DNA of 64,000 bases from Lingula anatina (Eukaryota; Animalia; Brachiopoda): NCBI GenBank assembly GCA_051362555.1, contig CM120648.1, positions 11,962,587-12,026,586 on the forward strand, written 5' to 3'. The position numbers and the translations under genes were made by a program. The notes beneath the pieces are model-generated. The model made no database searches. It was not told the DNA's origin and saw only the letters and a program-made list of their open reading frames with translations. This document shows positions 25,736 through 40,469 of this stretch, one piece after another (the stretch's first letter is position 1; each line of letters opens with the position of its first letter).

Positions 25736-28164
25736 TGTTGTCTTTTCCGTTTTCGTCTGCTCTTTTGGCCTTTTAATCTTTAGGATCTTTGTCTCTCACT
25801 TAATTTCCTAACTTTTTTAAAAGTTATTTTGCTTTGACAACATTAATGATAAATACATTTTTTACTAAAAAAGTTTACCTACAGTTGACAGTAAAGGCAT
25901 AAGTCATTTTTTCAAAAGTATGAGTACCTTTATAGTTTGATTCTACGGATTATTGATGATGAAAAGTTGTCCTTTTGTAAGCAGAGCAACCGACAGCCTT
26001 ATATGACAGGAACGGGGGAAAGGACAAAAACAGACCTTTCTACAGGAATTCGACACGAAAATAACTCGTTCATATTTCCTTCCGTTGGCACCTTTGACAA
26101 ACCATCCATCCCCTCCCCTCGCTTTTACTCAGGCTCGGTCTTTCATTCAATCGGAACAATTACTTCTACTTGGCATCTCCGATAATCGGAAAGATGGATG
26201 AAGAAGTATGAGAAGGGCATTAGGACATATCGTTACTCGCAACTGATACTCTTTAAAATGTCTCGGCGTTGGTACCACACAACCAAGGGGAGGTAACATC
26301 TCTGTGATCAATATATTACAATAAAATACCTTCGTTCATTTTATGTATATTTTTCAACCCTGCGCCCTTGTCTTCATAAAACTCTTGATCCCTCAGTGTT
26401 AGGTGAAGAGTATCAAGTTCCCCCAAGTAGCCCCCAAATATTGTAAGGTTGTATCTTGTTTGCTACTGAAAAAAAGCTCCCCCACGATACCCATTGAGTT
26501 CCGAAGCCGTTTCACCGATCCTTGGCGTCAACAAATCCATTTACAATCAGACCTGTTCGAAAAAGAAAATTCCCCGCCAGTTGACTAGACCCAAGCCTTT
26601 AAAGCCCAGGGTGAAAAAAAAAAGACGAGTACATTGAACTAAATTGTAACAATAAAACATGGTGAACTCAACACAACTGCGGGTAGATACACGTCACAAC
26701 GCCAATAAGATTCCACAGGTGCTCTGATTAAGAAGGGTGATATGACAGGTATAGACCAACTGTAAAAATGACGACAAAAGAGACAGCACTGAACTCTATG
26801 TGACCGTCATTGTGCAGATAATGTCGCTATCAGTATGCACGGCATAGCGCAGTGTGCCTGCATTCTTTCGTTTTTATAGTTATACTTACTTATCTGAACT
26901 CGGCTTATTGTACAGTGTGTAAGCCCGTATACCGCGAGAATGAAAAGTATCACATATCACGAGGAACAAATTCCCTTCCTTTTCGCTCCTCCTTTCTCTC
27001 TCTTTCTTTCTCGGTCTCTCTCTCTCCCTCGACCTTCCATAAAAACCTATCCTTCTGTAACCTCCTCATGCGTACACTAAACACATCAAAATGTTGCTCC
27101 CTCACATCTACAGTTCATGCCTTAATCTTTTTCCGAAATCTTCACTTTTTAGTCGGAAAAAGTCTCCTTTCTAAAAAGCTACCAATTGCCCTCTCCATTA
27201 GATATGAATCTCGAGAGTTCCTCTGCTATCTTCCCATTTAACGTAAAAATCATAGTGGCATCTTGTTAGTATTCTTTTCCAGTCTTACTATATCACTTTT
27301 TAATCATTCCGTTTCGCCCGCAGTGATCCAAGTTTTCGTACCAGCCCGAGATGGGTTTTCCGGTAGCCGCAGAGAATGCTACTATCAAAAGATCATTTGG
27401 TCTCTGACCTTGACCCCAGGCCGTGACCTTGACCGCAGGCTACTGGCCACTACCGGCTGTTTCTGATGAGAAAACGTGTTCGGCTTGTTAATTGGGCAAT
27501 CATTAATAACGCGAAGATTTTTTCGTGAAGAAGGGGAAGACTAGCCACCTTCAGCAATTACCCGTAAGAATCCACTTTATCTTACCTACGTATGATTATG
27601 AAGGCAAAAAATGACAACTTCTGGGTGTTTACTTTATATTTAATGACAACCAAAATCAAAATGCCATTTTATATAGGAAAACGCCTATGTCGCGACTAAC
27701 ATTCCTGGGTCATTGAGTTCTTTTTTATGAACATCACGTTAAATGAGTGCTAATGAGTTTTTTTTTGCAATGCTATTGACCAGACATCACCTGCTACCAG
27801 ATATGTCAAATTTTATCTCATGCCTCACGTGTGTTAAAGTCAACAAGCCACACATAGGGCCTATACACCTATCCATGCACTTGAGTGTGACATCTGTTTT
27901 TTTGAACCCATTTTTTGACTAAGGAGTGGAAAAGAATTCCATGCTGTCACGTCCCTGTCCGTCTCCTGTTCTTTTTTCGTCATTTGCGGCTAGAGACTCG
28001 CCATTTTTTTGCGTGTCACATCTTTCGCTTGATGTCTTCACACGCTTGTGACAGTTTTCCCATGGCGTGCTTCATCACAGAGTCTCAGTCAGACGACAGT
28101 CTTCGCGATGAAAATTTCACTCGACCAGCTGGTATGATGGCCCAGTCGTTGCTGGGATTGTTTA

Positions 28165-28447
28165 CGCCACCAGATGGCCATGTTGTCCAGATTTCCCGGT
28201 TGTTTATTCTACCAGATGGCGCTGTTGTCACGCTGAAGGAGGACACACTGTCTCACTCTCTTACACAACATGAGGCAAGTGTGTACTCCCTCGTCGGTAC
28301 AAACTCTTTTAATTTTGTCAGTTTCTTTAATCTGTAAAATATGTCTTATAAATTCCTTATATATAGATATAAAACTATAAGTCAAGAATGTGAATTATCA
28401 AAAGTTTAAAGTGCGTTGTTGGATGTGTCACCGCAGAGTGGCGCTAG
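28165..28447 (+). promoter_or_regulatory. Cluster of three co-oriented CTCF-like motifs
   Basis: cgccaccagatggcca (28165), taccagatggcgctg (28210) and ccgcagagtggcgct (28431), compared with the consensus CCASYAGRKGGCRS. Confidence 0.35.
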
Positions 28448-30981
28448 CGTCGATTGGGGAAGGGATCGGTAAGGGGGTCGGCGAGGGGTCGAGGTTGTCG
28501 ATGGGTGACAGGAAAACAGTGTTTGCTGCTTGTCAGTCCAGGGGGTTGGTGGCTGTTTTAAATATTTAATTGCCTTTTCTTGCTAAGAAATGTCATTGAA
28601 TTGGATTTCATACTTCGGAATGTGTTCATGCTCTGTAAAATAACAGAAATTAATCGAGTGACTAGATATAGATCACTTTATAGATATATCAGGAATGCCC
28701 CTGATAGTCCACAAGGTAGCCTGCGAGGCCGAGGACTTCTTCAAACAATCTTACTTCCCATGCAGCCACTTAACCTCCCCCCCCCCCTTTATCTCTATGG
28801 AATTTCAGAAACATTAACTGGGGTACTTAACTGTATTCCTTAAGGTAGGCCTATATGGTCTTTTGTCCATTCTATATATAAACTGAAAATATCTGAAAAC
28901 ATAATCAAATTACACGAAGTATTTTAGAGCACAGATGAATTGCGGTGGTGGTTATATGGTCTCAGAACCCCCACCCCCACCCACCCCGGCTGTGGATTTC
29001 TGGATCCGTTCCAGGGCCAGATCCAGGATTATTTGAAGGAGGGGTCACGGATGCCAAGCCGACCGTACCCCCTCCTTTAGCGCGGGGGGAAGGGGAACCG
29101 CCAAAAATTGTGGTATTTTGGTATTTCAGAGAGCTAACAGTGCCATTTGGTACGATTTAGAAATATAATTCAACTAGTCAAAATTCTAATTTCAAGAGGG
29201 GACCATAGGTGTGATTTCATTCAGAAAGCGAAGGGACACCCCGGCACCCCCCTTATATCAGCCACTGACCAGTAAAAAAATGCACCCAAACGTATCAAAT
29301 TTTGTGTGAAGATATATTGTTAACTCACCTGCGCTTTGCCTGCATTCTCCGGACAAGAACAAGAGGTCAAAGTACTTTTACCCTACTCTTTCATACACAA
29401 AAAAGGTATACAACTTTCGTCTCCAGCCAACGAGTCGCTGCCCCTGAAAATAGAGCGAAGATCCTTCCGCTGCCGTGGCAGTAGTTACGCTGAGCCAGAT
29501 AAAGTACTTGTCTCTTGTGGGATTCCCCAGGTTTATTTCACTGACACTGATGGTCTACTAGAATCCTCTACCAGAGTGAGGTTGGCTGTTTGTCTCGTCA
29601 TTTTAAAGAAATATTTGGCTGCTGAGAAGGTTTCACTATCTTCTGAACACGTACCTGTGGCTTCAGATGAAGTGGCTGAAGTTTTACCGAAGAGGACAGT
29701 GCTCCAGCCGTGTTGTCACCCGCCCTTGACTCGATGTCCAGTTTTAAACGACGGCCAATGTAAGCTCGGTGTATGTCGTTCCCATCACTCTTGCTTAACG
29801 TCCGATCCTCTCGGCGTTCGCAGTGAAAGTGCCAAAGTGTCCCATCCAAACTCGGTTAAAGGGTAGAAGTCAGGTCAGGTATTTAACGTCCGGCGGGCAG
29901 TGCCCATTGGTCAGTGTGAAGTACACCACCTGACGTAGCGAAGGCGACAGTACCTCCTGTAAACACGACGATCGCTGCTCTACTGACATTTGACAGGTGG
30001 AAGCGCTGATCGCAGCTGGGCATTTTTTCTGTTGGTCATCTCTCGGACACATGTGGTCATTCCTAGCATAGTCTGACTTGGGACCAGCTTCCTCTTAGCG
30101 TCGCAGGAGGGTGACAGATCTCTCGCGGTGACAGTGGCCAACTGACGACAGCTGGCGTCAAATGGAAACGGGCACGTCTATACTGAGCACTTGCCTTTCT
30201 GTTTCTGATTTAATATTGTTGTTGCTGTACATGTGGCAAATAGCGGACTGAAAATGAATCATAAAATGGAAATATATATCTAGACCTGTATTATTTTTAT
30301 GCTGAACCCTATAAAATGTAACTAACAAAATTAAAGAATGACCTGTCCATTTAATGACATTTAATGACACTAATTGAGCCACTGAATTATTCTTTTATCG
30401 ATACAATTTATATTACTTTTCGTTTCTCTTCCTTCTTGAAATAAAGAGAGACGTGATTTAAAATCCAGTCGGAAAGAGAAATAATGTAAATATCCAGATT
30501 TTAACAGCTGGCAACACTTTGCAGGGTCATTCAGCGCTCTCGCGCCGTATTTTAGGTTTATATAAATATTAATGATAGGTAAATAAATGAATAGGTAAAA
30601 AAAAAAAACATAAAAAACACTGCTAAGGTCTGTCCAGCATTTGTTTTCTTATTTAAATCAAATTTTAATTTTAATCTGAATAAAGTTTGTTATTATGTCT
30701 TCGTAATACGTCTTCAGAGGTTAAAAATGCTACGTCATCGTTAAATTAATTTGAATAATAAGCATGGTTGCCGGTTTATTCCTGACTTGTAAGTTTGTTA
30801 GTATTTAAGGATATTTTTTCACATACAACATATCCGCTTTGATCAATGTCAGGTATAACTCTATTGAACACGACATATTACACAATAAATCGCAATATTC
30901 AAATAAAGAATTAAAAGTGAATCAAAACGGTGGACACTCACATTAAGAGGATGATCTCTGAAGTTTGGTCCATATCACAAA

Positions 30982-31226
30982 GACCCCATTCACATAGACA
31001 CTATCGGTCTGTGTGGATCGACCCAGCTTTGCTGAGACTCTATCTAACTGCTATCAGCTTAACTGAATGACACTCCTCCTATAATCATCAGTTTTTTTTC
31101 TGTACCAGTATTTAACTTAACGCCAGGAGGGGGTATGTCATTCAGTTAAGCTGATTGCACTTAGCGAGAGCCCGGGCAGAGTTGGATCGATCCACCTGGA
31201 CCGATGGTGTCTATGGGAATGGGGCC
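30982..31226. mobile_element. Palindromic MITE (PIF/Harbinger-like, 3-bp TSD)
   Basis: ~100-bp inverted arms gaccccattcacatagacactatcggtc...tcagcttaactgaatgaca and tgtcattcagttaagctga...gaccgatggtgtctatgggaatggggcc. AAA on both flanks. Confidence 0.75.
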
Positions 31227-34200
31227 AAAGAATACTGGGGGGGGGGGGTGACACTGGCTTCAGTCAGCGCTTCATTGTCGAGCATGTGATCGATTATCAG
31301 TTTTTTTTTATTTGATTAAAAGCTGCACCTGAGCAGATTATAATATAAACATGATAATAAGTCGCCCTCTACGCTGGCAGCATGGAATAAGTGCAATGTA
31401 ACTCTTTGTAATTCCATTGAAAGATTCTGGTGAGAATGACGAGTCACTTTTCTACACCCATCTACGAAAATAGGTGATATATTTCCTCGGGTTATATTAA
31501 GAAAAACCATAACCATGCTGTCCAGTAAAACATTGACATGGATGTAATCCAGGACAAAAATATCCTTCCGGGGCAATCTGCTGACAACCTTCTGTTATGT
31601 TTCTAAAATTAATCCACGCGGATCATTCGGCAGGGTGCTTTTAAACACCTGTGACTCACGTTGATAATATAAATAAATAAACAAATAAATAAAGGTGGAT
31701 TTAACTATTGACATATTAAGATGCTCTTATCTGCATAATCTTTATCATGGTATATAGAACGGCACAGCTCCCAATTTAAAAAAGTGTAACTAAGCTTTGA
31801 TGTCTTCGCCTCTTGGCTCAAAACTGGTTCCCGTCGTATTCGATGTTGTCTCCGCCGCTGGCTCTGTGCCCTTTTTATCACATTCCCTGCGCATATTAAT
31901 GCAAGCCTGGTGCCAAAATGGCCGCGGGACAGTTATATGCATGGCCTCTAATGCACAGTCATATATATTTTGTCATGGAAGTCAGATACATGGATCGTTT
32001 TAGTAGCTGATAAAAAAATATTGTTGATTTTAAAAGCGATTTGGGACCAGCTGAGCTAGTGCCAGTGGTATAATCAGGTATAAATTTAAAACTGTGGATG
32101 CCATTTTCGGTGTCAGAATGAAATAAGTGTCTTAACTGTTTATCAAATATGATTAAAAAGTCAATACCTTGCAGAAGCATAAGGCCGAATCGCGGGCTGA
32201 TTGTGGTCGCGCTTTCAATATTACTGCCGCTGATTGTCCAGTGTTGGCTTCGTCTCACTCCTTCATGCAAAATACTGTGTTGAGCGCTTCAAATGTCAAA
32301 GTCATTGTTTCATTGTCGTTCTGGACGGACGAAATCGTTACCATCTCTTACATTTATGGCCTTCCGTGCGTGATGGCAAATTTTGATGTTTAAATTTTAC
32401 GTGGAGCTTAGAGGTATTCCAAATTTGTTTGAAAATGTCCCCAAGTCGTAACTTAATGTCTAAATATTATTCCTGGAAAAGGGGTTTACCTTTCCAAACT
32501 AGGACATTAAAAACGATTAAAGTCTTTAAATAAAAGTACCTGGTGACATCATTGCTTTATGGCATCGGCGTCAAGATATATTGAGACTCTTGTAGAGCTT
32601 TTTTATTTAATTAAAAGTAGTAAATTGTCAACTGTTTTAAACGGGGCGTACATAAATCATGTACATAATACTTGCAGATTAACCATATGTCTCCTTTACA
32701 TTGTTTAGAACTAAGTTTATCGCCACCGATTGCTAGAAAACTGAATATCTTAACAAACAATTAAACTAAAGCAAGATCTCCATGCAAAGAGGAGCAAAGG
32801 TAGACTAACTCAAAACATAAATCGACTTACTAAACGTGCTTACATACATACATACTTTTTGAATGGTGAAATGTGCCTATGCAACATTAAGCAAACAATG
32901 CTGTCGAAGAAATACAATCAAAAACGCCGCCTTCATCCACATGAATAGTCCGTATTCCCCCGCCAGCATCTCGCCCCTTTTACCTTTGATGAGCATTCGG
33001 TTTGTTCTCCAACATGAAACAACCACTTACTAAAGAGATGTTAATGCTAACATTGCCCTTTGTTTTATGACGTTCGCGATAAAAGCCTGGAATTTACCTG
33101 GAGCAAAATAATTCAGTGCATGTCCCCTGCAAGATAGTAAAATACATTTGATTAAGGCTGTTTGCGTCTACCTGAAGGTGTATAGACCCTAATACATGTT
33201 ACTGGAAGTGTCCGTTACCGGTAAACTTACACTACCAAATAGGTCTTAGGCCTAATTAACATGTCAGGTTCAAAGCAACGGTAGTAATCACTTATTATGT
33301 TATGTTGAAACAAAGGGCATTGATACAACACGCAAAACGTTCACACCCACTGCCACGCTCACAAACAGGACAGCACGTGCGCACGCATACTCAATTAACA
33401 CACATTCCAGCGCACACAAACGCACTAAGACACACACACACACACACACTAACACAAACGCACAAACATAAACAAACACACACTAACACACACGCAGAAA
33501 CACACACAAACCGATCCTACCACAACACAAAACGTTAAACGGTCATATTTAGATGGATTTTTGCAAAAGATTGCCAAGTTTCTCTAAGCCGGAATGAAGC
33601 CCTCTGCGCAGTTAAATGGGCATACAGAGACTTGAATGGTAATCCTATACCTAGCCGAATAGCTGTAGAGCTGAAGATGAATGGCCTCATCTTCTATATT
33701 TCCTCAGCGGGGAGGGAGTGTCTATTTAAAAAAAATGAAATAAGTTCGATCCGCGCTACTGTGCACTAATCGTGCTTAGATTACAAAACTTAATGCCAAC
33801 AAAGGGCGTTGCTGTTTTTTTCTAACTTTATGATTAAACGATGACTTACAGTTAAACCATTCCAGTGGCATTTGTCAGCGCTAGCTGGATCCAGGGCTCT
33901 GTAACAGCTCATACCTACAAACCGTTTTCTTTAAGTTGGCGTTAACTCTCTCAGCGTTTCTGTCACCCAAGACCGCTGACTAACTTTATATGACGTCCTC
34001 CACGAACAGTCCGCGTCCCATCTCACATGTTAAATACCACTCCGTTTTACTTACATATAAAGACGGTTTTCAACTACGCATAAAACTGAATGTGTTGGTT
34101 TTGGTATGGATTTCACGTGTGTCTCTCGGGGAAATTATGTCGCCGTCAAATATACGTTTTATCCACTGTGGCGTGGCTGGGGGCGAGTGACTAAGTCTAG

Positions 34201-37200
34201 TTAACGGGACGGAATATTTGGTGCCCATGATGTGTCAACATTTAGCACTCACAGCGTTTTAATATCACTAATTGGAGTTACGACCATCTTGGTATATGAT
34301 TGAAATTCTAACAAAAAAGATAAAAGACAAGGGCAATGACCCTTTTGATGACTAAAAATTTAACATGCCGTTGCCTTCGTATGGTAATAAAAATTTTCAT
34401 TGATGATAAAGACATATGCATATCCCCTGGTAGAACTCTGAAACACAATTTGATTAGTGGGGTTACCTACGTTAACAATTCATTCATGAACGATTCACGT
34501 CAGTGGAAATATGCCAAACTTGTTTCTTGAAAAATACCATCCGATTGAATATAAAAATAAATTCTGATTTCAGAACATTCTCCATGAAAATCAACAGATC
34601 CTCGCCTCAAGTAGAAGCAGCAAGTAGGATGTTTTTTGAAGGAGAGACATTCGAACATGTAACGAAATATTTGATTGAAAATCCTTTGATATTTGTCAAA
34701 TTCCAACTTTAAATGAAAGCAGGTCAACCACTTCTGCCGGTTGAACAAGCAGCCCGGGGGATGAATTTGCTATCTTGTTTAATTGGATTACCTTAATTAA
34801 GGTGCCCGCTTGACAGTAACTGAAAAACACCTTGTTTCACCCCGAGGCTATGACCCAATGACCTTGATCGCTTCAGGCCAATTAGCATGATTTCCGGTGT
34901 AATTGGACGCCATATAGCATTCTTTTTTATTACCTGCGAGTGTTTTCAGGTCGTTATCATGATAATGGTCTCTATAAAACAGGTTGAAAGATTAGTCTTA
35001 TCCCTAAACCACCGGATCACATGCATCATCCTTTACTCTTATTTATAAAACAGATTGCACCATTCTTGAAGCACGTGAATTCGCCCATTCCTCTGGCCAG
35101 CAAATGCGTCTTTGAAAAGTAGAATATCTACATGTGCACTGACGAAAAAGTTATTTTTTTGTGAATTGCTTTAGAAATAATTTCCCTTCACTGGTCGACC
35201 AATTCTTTGTATGCTTACACTCCTATTATATTTTACGAGTAATTCTTATACCAAAGGGACATATGGCAATTGAGTGTTTTTACTTAGCCGAAGCTGCAGG
35301 TGAAAAAAAAAGCATTCAAAAACACCGGCTATTAGAAAATTGTCAGCAGAAAAAGGCCTTACACATGGTTGTTTTCTCTAAAGTTCTGTCGATTCACAGT
35401 CTATTGCAGCACAGAGTCCACATTTTTTAAACTTTTGTCACATCACGCTTATTCCCGCAAGTTTTCCAGTTTTTGAAACCCTTACCATTTCTCGCATACA
35501 CGAGATCTCGTACATAATCACGGACTTTGGCGTAATATTACACAAATTTTGACGCAATGAGGTGCTGAAACTGACATGAAAATAAATTTTCAATTCATAC
35601 ACTATGGCGTTAATCAGTTGCATACCTTAATTCAACTTTAAATAAAGAAATAGACATCATTGTCATTCATTCTTAAGGTGTGTGTGTGGGGGGGGGGGGG
35701 GAGGATGGGTTGTATGGTAGGAATATTGGATGTGTTTTCACGTACAAGCAGCGGCTTTCCATTTCAATCGGATGTTTTCAAAGCGGGGATAGTTGTAAAT
35801 TCAAATTCCGATGGGATGATCGCTGACACTTCTTCTGTGACATGCATATTATAGCAAAGTTCCCTCATTAACGCAAAACTAACAGTGCCGGGTCACTGCA
35901 GGTCGTGCCCAAGTAAATGACTGTAAGGTGTTCAGCCGAGGTCCGCTGCCAAAACGTCCATTTAATTAGGGAGTCGTAAAAAAAAGACGGGAGGTTTTGG
36001 CAACAGCACCGCGCCTGCGGTTCCATAAAACATGCATTTGATTGAGCTATTCCAGCAGCCTCCCTCCGCAATATGAACTACATGTATACTGGGTAAGATC
36101 TATTTTGAGTGCGCTATTCCAAAGAACCCCCGCTGTTCTTCATCAGGTTATCCTCATATGGATTTATTCCCAAAAAAACTGCCTTGTTTTGTGATTTACG
36201 GATATCTGTATGTTTCTTTTTTTTTTCTTTCTTTTTTTTTTTTTTTTTTTGGGGGGGGGGGGGGCACTTCTGGAAAAATCCGATGTGTCAGACTCTTTCA
36301 TAGCATTAAACAATCAACTTCAGGAAGTGCACGCTTGACATAACATACTGATACCACTGAATTTTGTAAAACTTTTTAGATTAATTTAATAGGATTAAAA
36401 TGTACCACTGCTGTACTCCAGGAATAAGAGCCGAAGTCTTAATGACCACGGGGTATGTTTCTGAAAAAAAGTCCAAAAACTGGTAGTGGTTTTACCTCTT
36501 AAACCATTCTTGTTGTCCATTTTAACACAATGTAGATTTTATTTAGTACCAATCAAATGAAATGGCCGTTTGTTTCATAACAAGAAAGGTGGGACTCACG
36601 TTTCAGAGCAGTGCTTAATTTATTAAAGTAGATCTCCATAGATTTGAATTGAAGTAGGCGCAGTTTTGGTTTTAAAAGTTTAGACCAAATTGTAGGCTAT
36701 AGCCGTATTGTAAACCGACTCAAGCGCAGTACCTTTGCAGTGAGAAAGGTTAGGGTCAAAGCAATCAGGATCGTTCAACCTCTGAAAAATATCCTGCGCT
36801 CACAATAGAAATGGTTCACTGTCTACACCTATCAAAAACCTGAAAGGTAATAAACTATATTGGGAACAATTTTGGTCGGGGCATTTTGAAGTAAAGAAAG
36901 CATTCTCTCTATGGGGCTTAGAATGTATCTTTTTCATATTTTGGGGGTCTGGATGTGTCACAGTCAGTAAGGGGGTGTTTATCAGGCCGTATTGCGCGGA
37001 AGGTACACACGGCGATTCACCCAGGCGAAACTTTCTATATAAATACGTGGACTTTGGTCTTGTTTTGGAGACTGTGCCCTTACGTAAATTTTGGAGGGTA
37101 CGGTGTCAGAATTGTCCTCATTCTGGCTGTGCCCAGGTACGTCAACGTGCGTCATACGTTACTCATTCAAGTATAATATAAACATTTGTAATTGTTGATT

Positions 37201-38807
37201 CCTTCTTATATCTTCATTTTTTCTCTTTTTTCTTTCAATTTTTTCTTTCTCTCTTTTCAACCTCATAGCTAGTAACAAAAATTATTTAACTGTTTAAACC
37301 AGCTTTGTGTTAATTAAGTTAGGATGATTTTTTAAAACAACAAACCACCAGAAGTTACTACATGTTATATGCTGCTATCTACCCATGTTACCATAAAAAC
37401 ATAGGGGCTTTATACAAGTATTTTCTGTCTGTATAAGCCTTGTTCGACCACTACTTCACTATGAATGGCGGCCTCGTCTTCCCGCGTACCTCCCGCGACG
37501 CTCGCGGATCAATTCCATGTTCAAACTTAACCCATCAATGCAGCTGCGAGATCTAAACGTTATATGGCGTCCGGTTGCTTAGCAACGGACCCTGGGTAAC
37601 AGTAGAGCGCGTTCTGCATGGGTGTTTCCCAAAGGCGGGTGATGAAGTTACGAGTGTATGGGTAGATTTGGTATGCAGCCCCATGCTCCAAGTGTGTGGG
37701 AAGACAGTGGACCCAGTAACTGAACGTTGAAAAGTTTTAAGAATGAATGCCGTCTGTGGAGGAAGTAGTTAGATTGAGCAGCGGTGTAATTCAGTTAATA
37801 AAGAGACTGCAACTGTGTCTCTAAAAATTTATTTTACGCCTAGCGGTGGAATTAAGACCGATTCCAGGTCTAGAATATTCTCTGTTTAAAGGCAGAAGCG
37901 CTGACGTGAACTGTATTTAACTTCGTCACTTTCATCATGATTCTCATCATCAACATCATCTTAAATTATCATCTTCATGGGGCATATGCCACCTTTAAGA
38001 TTCCGTTTAGAATGTTTAGTTGAAATTAGGTATACAGAGAGAAGTGCCCTTGTCGTCCTCGTCGCTGACCCCCACCCCCACCTCCCCGTGCCCCTGTAGA
38101 AGAACCTTAGTTCCGCCAAAGATTGCCTTTTTTATAATATCTCACAATACTTGTCAAATGTATTTATTACCATCACAAACGTCATTAATCCTATCTCACA
38201 TTTCTCAAAAAAAAAAAAAAAAAAAAAAAACTTAAATGAAGAGGGGAAAAAAGCACAGATGAGATGAGCACAGGTGTCAAAGGGAACCTTTACAATCCGC
38301 GCGCTTGCGGCATCCGCTTCCAGGTGGAAAAACTGCGACATCATTGCGGAATGTGATGAAACGTCGGATATACTTATCCCCATTTCCCTTTTTGGACCTA
38401 ATAAATGATGGAAAACCTGTACTAAGCCTACAGTGCACAAAAATGCCCCAAAATCAGACAACTTTTCCCCAACAGCAGACGTCAATGCTCCAAAAGCAGA
38501 CGACAATGCCCTTCCAGCAGACGACATTTTTTCGGAAGAAGACGATACTTCTATTGCATACCAGAGAAATTATATATCGATTGATGCCGGGGGAAATGGA
38601 GTGCAATGGCAATTTGGAATAGGTTTGCTTCAAAGCTAGTGTAATTATTGAGGGGTAAAGCTCTTCTACACTCGATTGCTGATCTGAATTTACGACGTCG
38701 TGTTCGGCAACGCACACGTTTTAACGACCTCTTTTTCATATACATATGCATTCCGCGGGCACATTTGCAAGTGAGATAGCTATAAAAAGAGTCATAACTC
38801 CTGACTT

Positions 38808-38842
<35 letters not shown>

Positions 38843-40421
38843 TAACTGGAAACAAACCTAAGGAACCCCATTAATAAATCCTTAAAAGAGACAGGCCTAT
38901 ACCTTTGAGTAGGCCTTCTATTTACAATTCATAATAGCAAAGGCCAACAGCTGAAATACGCATCTTAATATGAACGCTTAGTATTACGCATTTACCTTTG
39001 TTGTTGCCCCTTGGTGTCGTCTGCGCAAATGTCACTTCACTCTCTCGACCCTCCCTCCGTCTAATGACTAATAAGTGTCGCCAATTCCATCGTCTGCACA
39101 ATCTTTTTTCCAGCCAAAACACAGTCCAAGCTCAAATATCTCACATAGTCTTCCAAATATCTGTACCCAAATGGTCCCAAATCCGAGCTCCGGTCGCGAT
39201 TTTTGGAGTCCATTGCAGACGTGCAGCGTCCCGCGTCTTGTTCCCGTCTTCCTCAATCTCGTTTCCGCGTCCTCGTCGCATGAAAGGATGGGATGAGATG
39301 AGATTTGACCTAGGGGCTTAAATTTCACTGCGTTCACCGAGGCCGCGCATTCATTGAGTGGAGCGCTATGTGTAAAGCGAGAAGACACACAGAGGAAAAC
39401 GGAGACAATGCGGAAAATGAGATCACTGGTTAAAATGGCCTGGCAGTGAAGGATCGCCGCCGTGAATATTGCAGGCTCATTTGTATGGAGGTCAAAGCCA
39501 CCGGCGGGGTGATCCTCCATATGCATTGTGTTTGTTAGGTTTTTATTGTGTCATAACAGAGAGAGAGAGAGGGGGGGAGGGGGGGGGAGGGGAGGGAGGT
39601 AGGCCTACACGTATGGAGTGAGAGAGACTGAGGGTGGGAGGGAGGAATGAAGAGGGAGGTGTGTTGAGAGAAAAAGGAAGGAGAAATGAAGAGAGAGAGA
39701 GAGAGAGAGAGAGAGTTCCATCACTAGTGTACATCAATATCATTTATATCCAATAAAACACTAATATACATATGTCCTCTTATCCGTGATTGTGTTCCTT
39801 CACACATACAGATCCGCTATCACAACGGAATCACCTCCCACTAGCTCGACAAAGGAGTGCAAATGCAATGAAAGGGGTCGTACTGGAAACAAGACAAACA
39901 ATAAAAATAATTTAATTAATTTAACTAAGAAAAAATTGGTGGGTCTCTAATTATTTCTTCATTTTGATTTGCTTACTTTATATTTCAACTGAGGTGAAAT
40001 CACAATCAGGAATCAAGTACATGTAAGGGCTATATTTTACAGTGTTGTCAGTGCCAGGCGACATGTTCATTGAAAATGTTCAATAGAATGATAAAAAAGA
40101 AAGAAAAGTAAAAAACAAGACATGGAAAGATGTACTGAATAAATAGCAGATATCTACCCAAAATGGCCTGGTCAAAATACAAATCCAAGGATTTTTTGTC
40201 AATTTTTTTAAGTGTAGAGTTGATATAACGCAAGGTTATACTTGAAGATGACAGCTGCCAGAACTATTTAGTCTAATTAAATTCCCTAATTACCCGTATG
40301 AAGACAAACCACTTGATGTCAGAAATAATTTGCAAGAGCGAGTCATGATTTTTTGCATTGTTGCTGTCATTTTGTAAGATGTAAAATTGATGTTTTTTTC
40401 ATAATATCAACTTAGAATTAT

Positions 40422-40423
<2 letters not shown>

Positions 40424-40466
<43 letters not shown>
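40424..40466. repeat. (CT)n microsatellite
   Basis: Direct dinucleotide run. Similar CT/GA runs lie at about 15034, 16183, 40990, 41767, 48759 and 49868. Confidence 0.95.

Positions 40467-40469
<3 letters not shown>

Noticed and set aside
29336-29866. 176-aa plus-strand ORF
   Set aside because: Non-ATG start and no recognisable motif. The local splice signals point to the minus strand.
36953-37180. Possible Helitron/Helentron-derived short element
   Set aside because: Only a vague resemblance. No clear terminal hairpin, CTAG end or second copy in the window.
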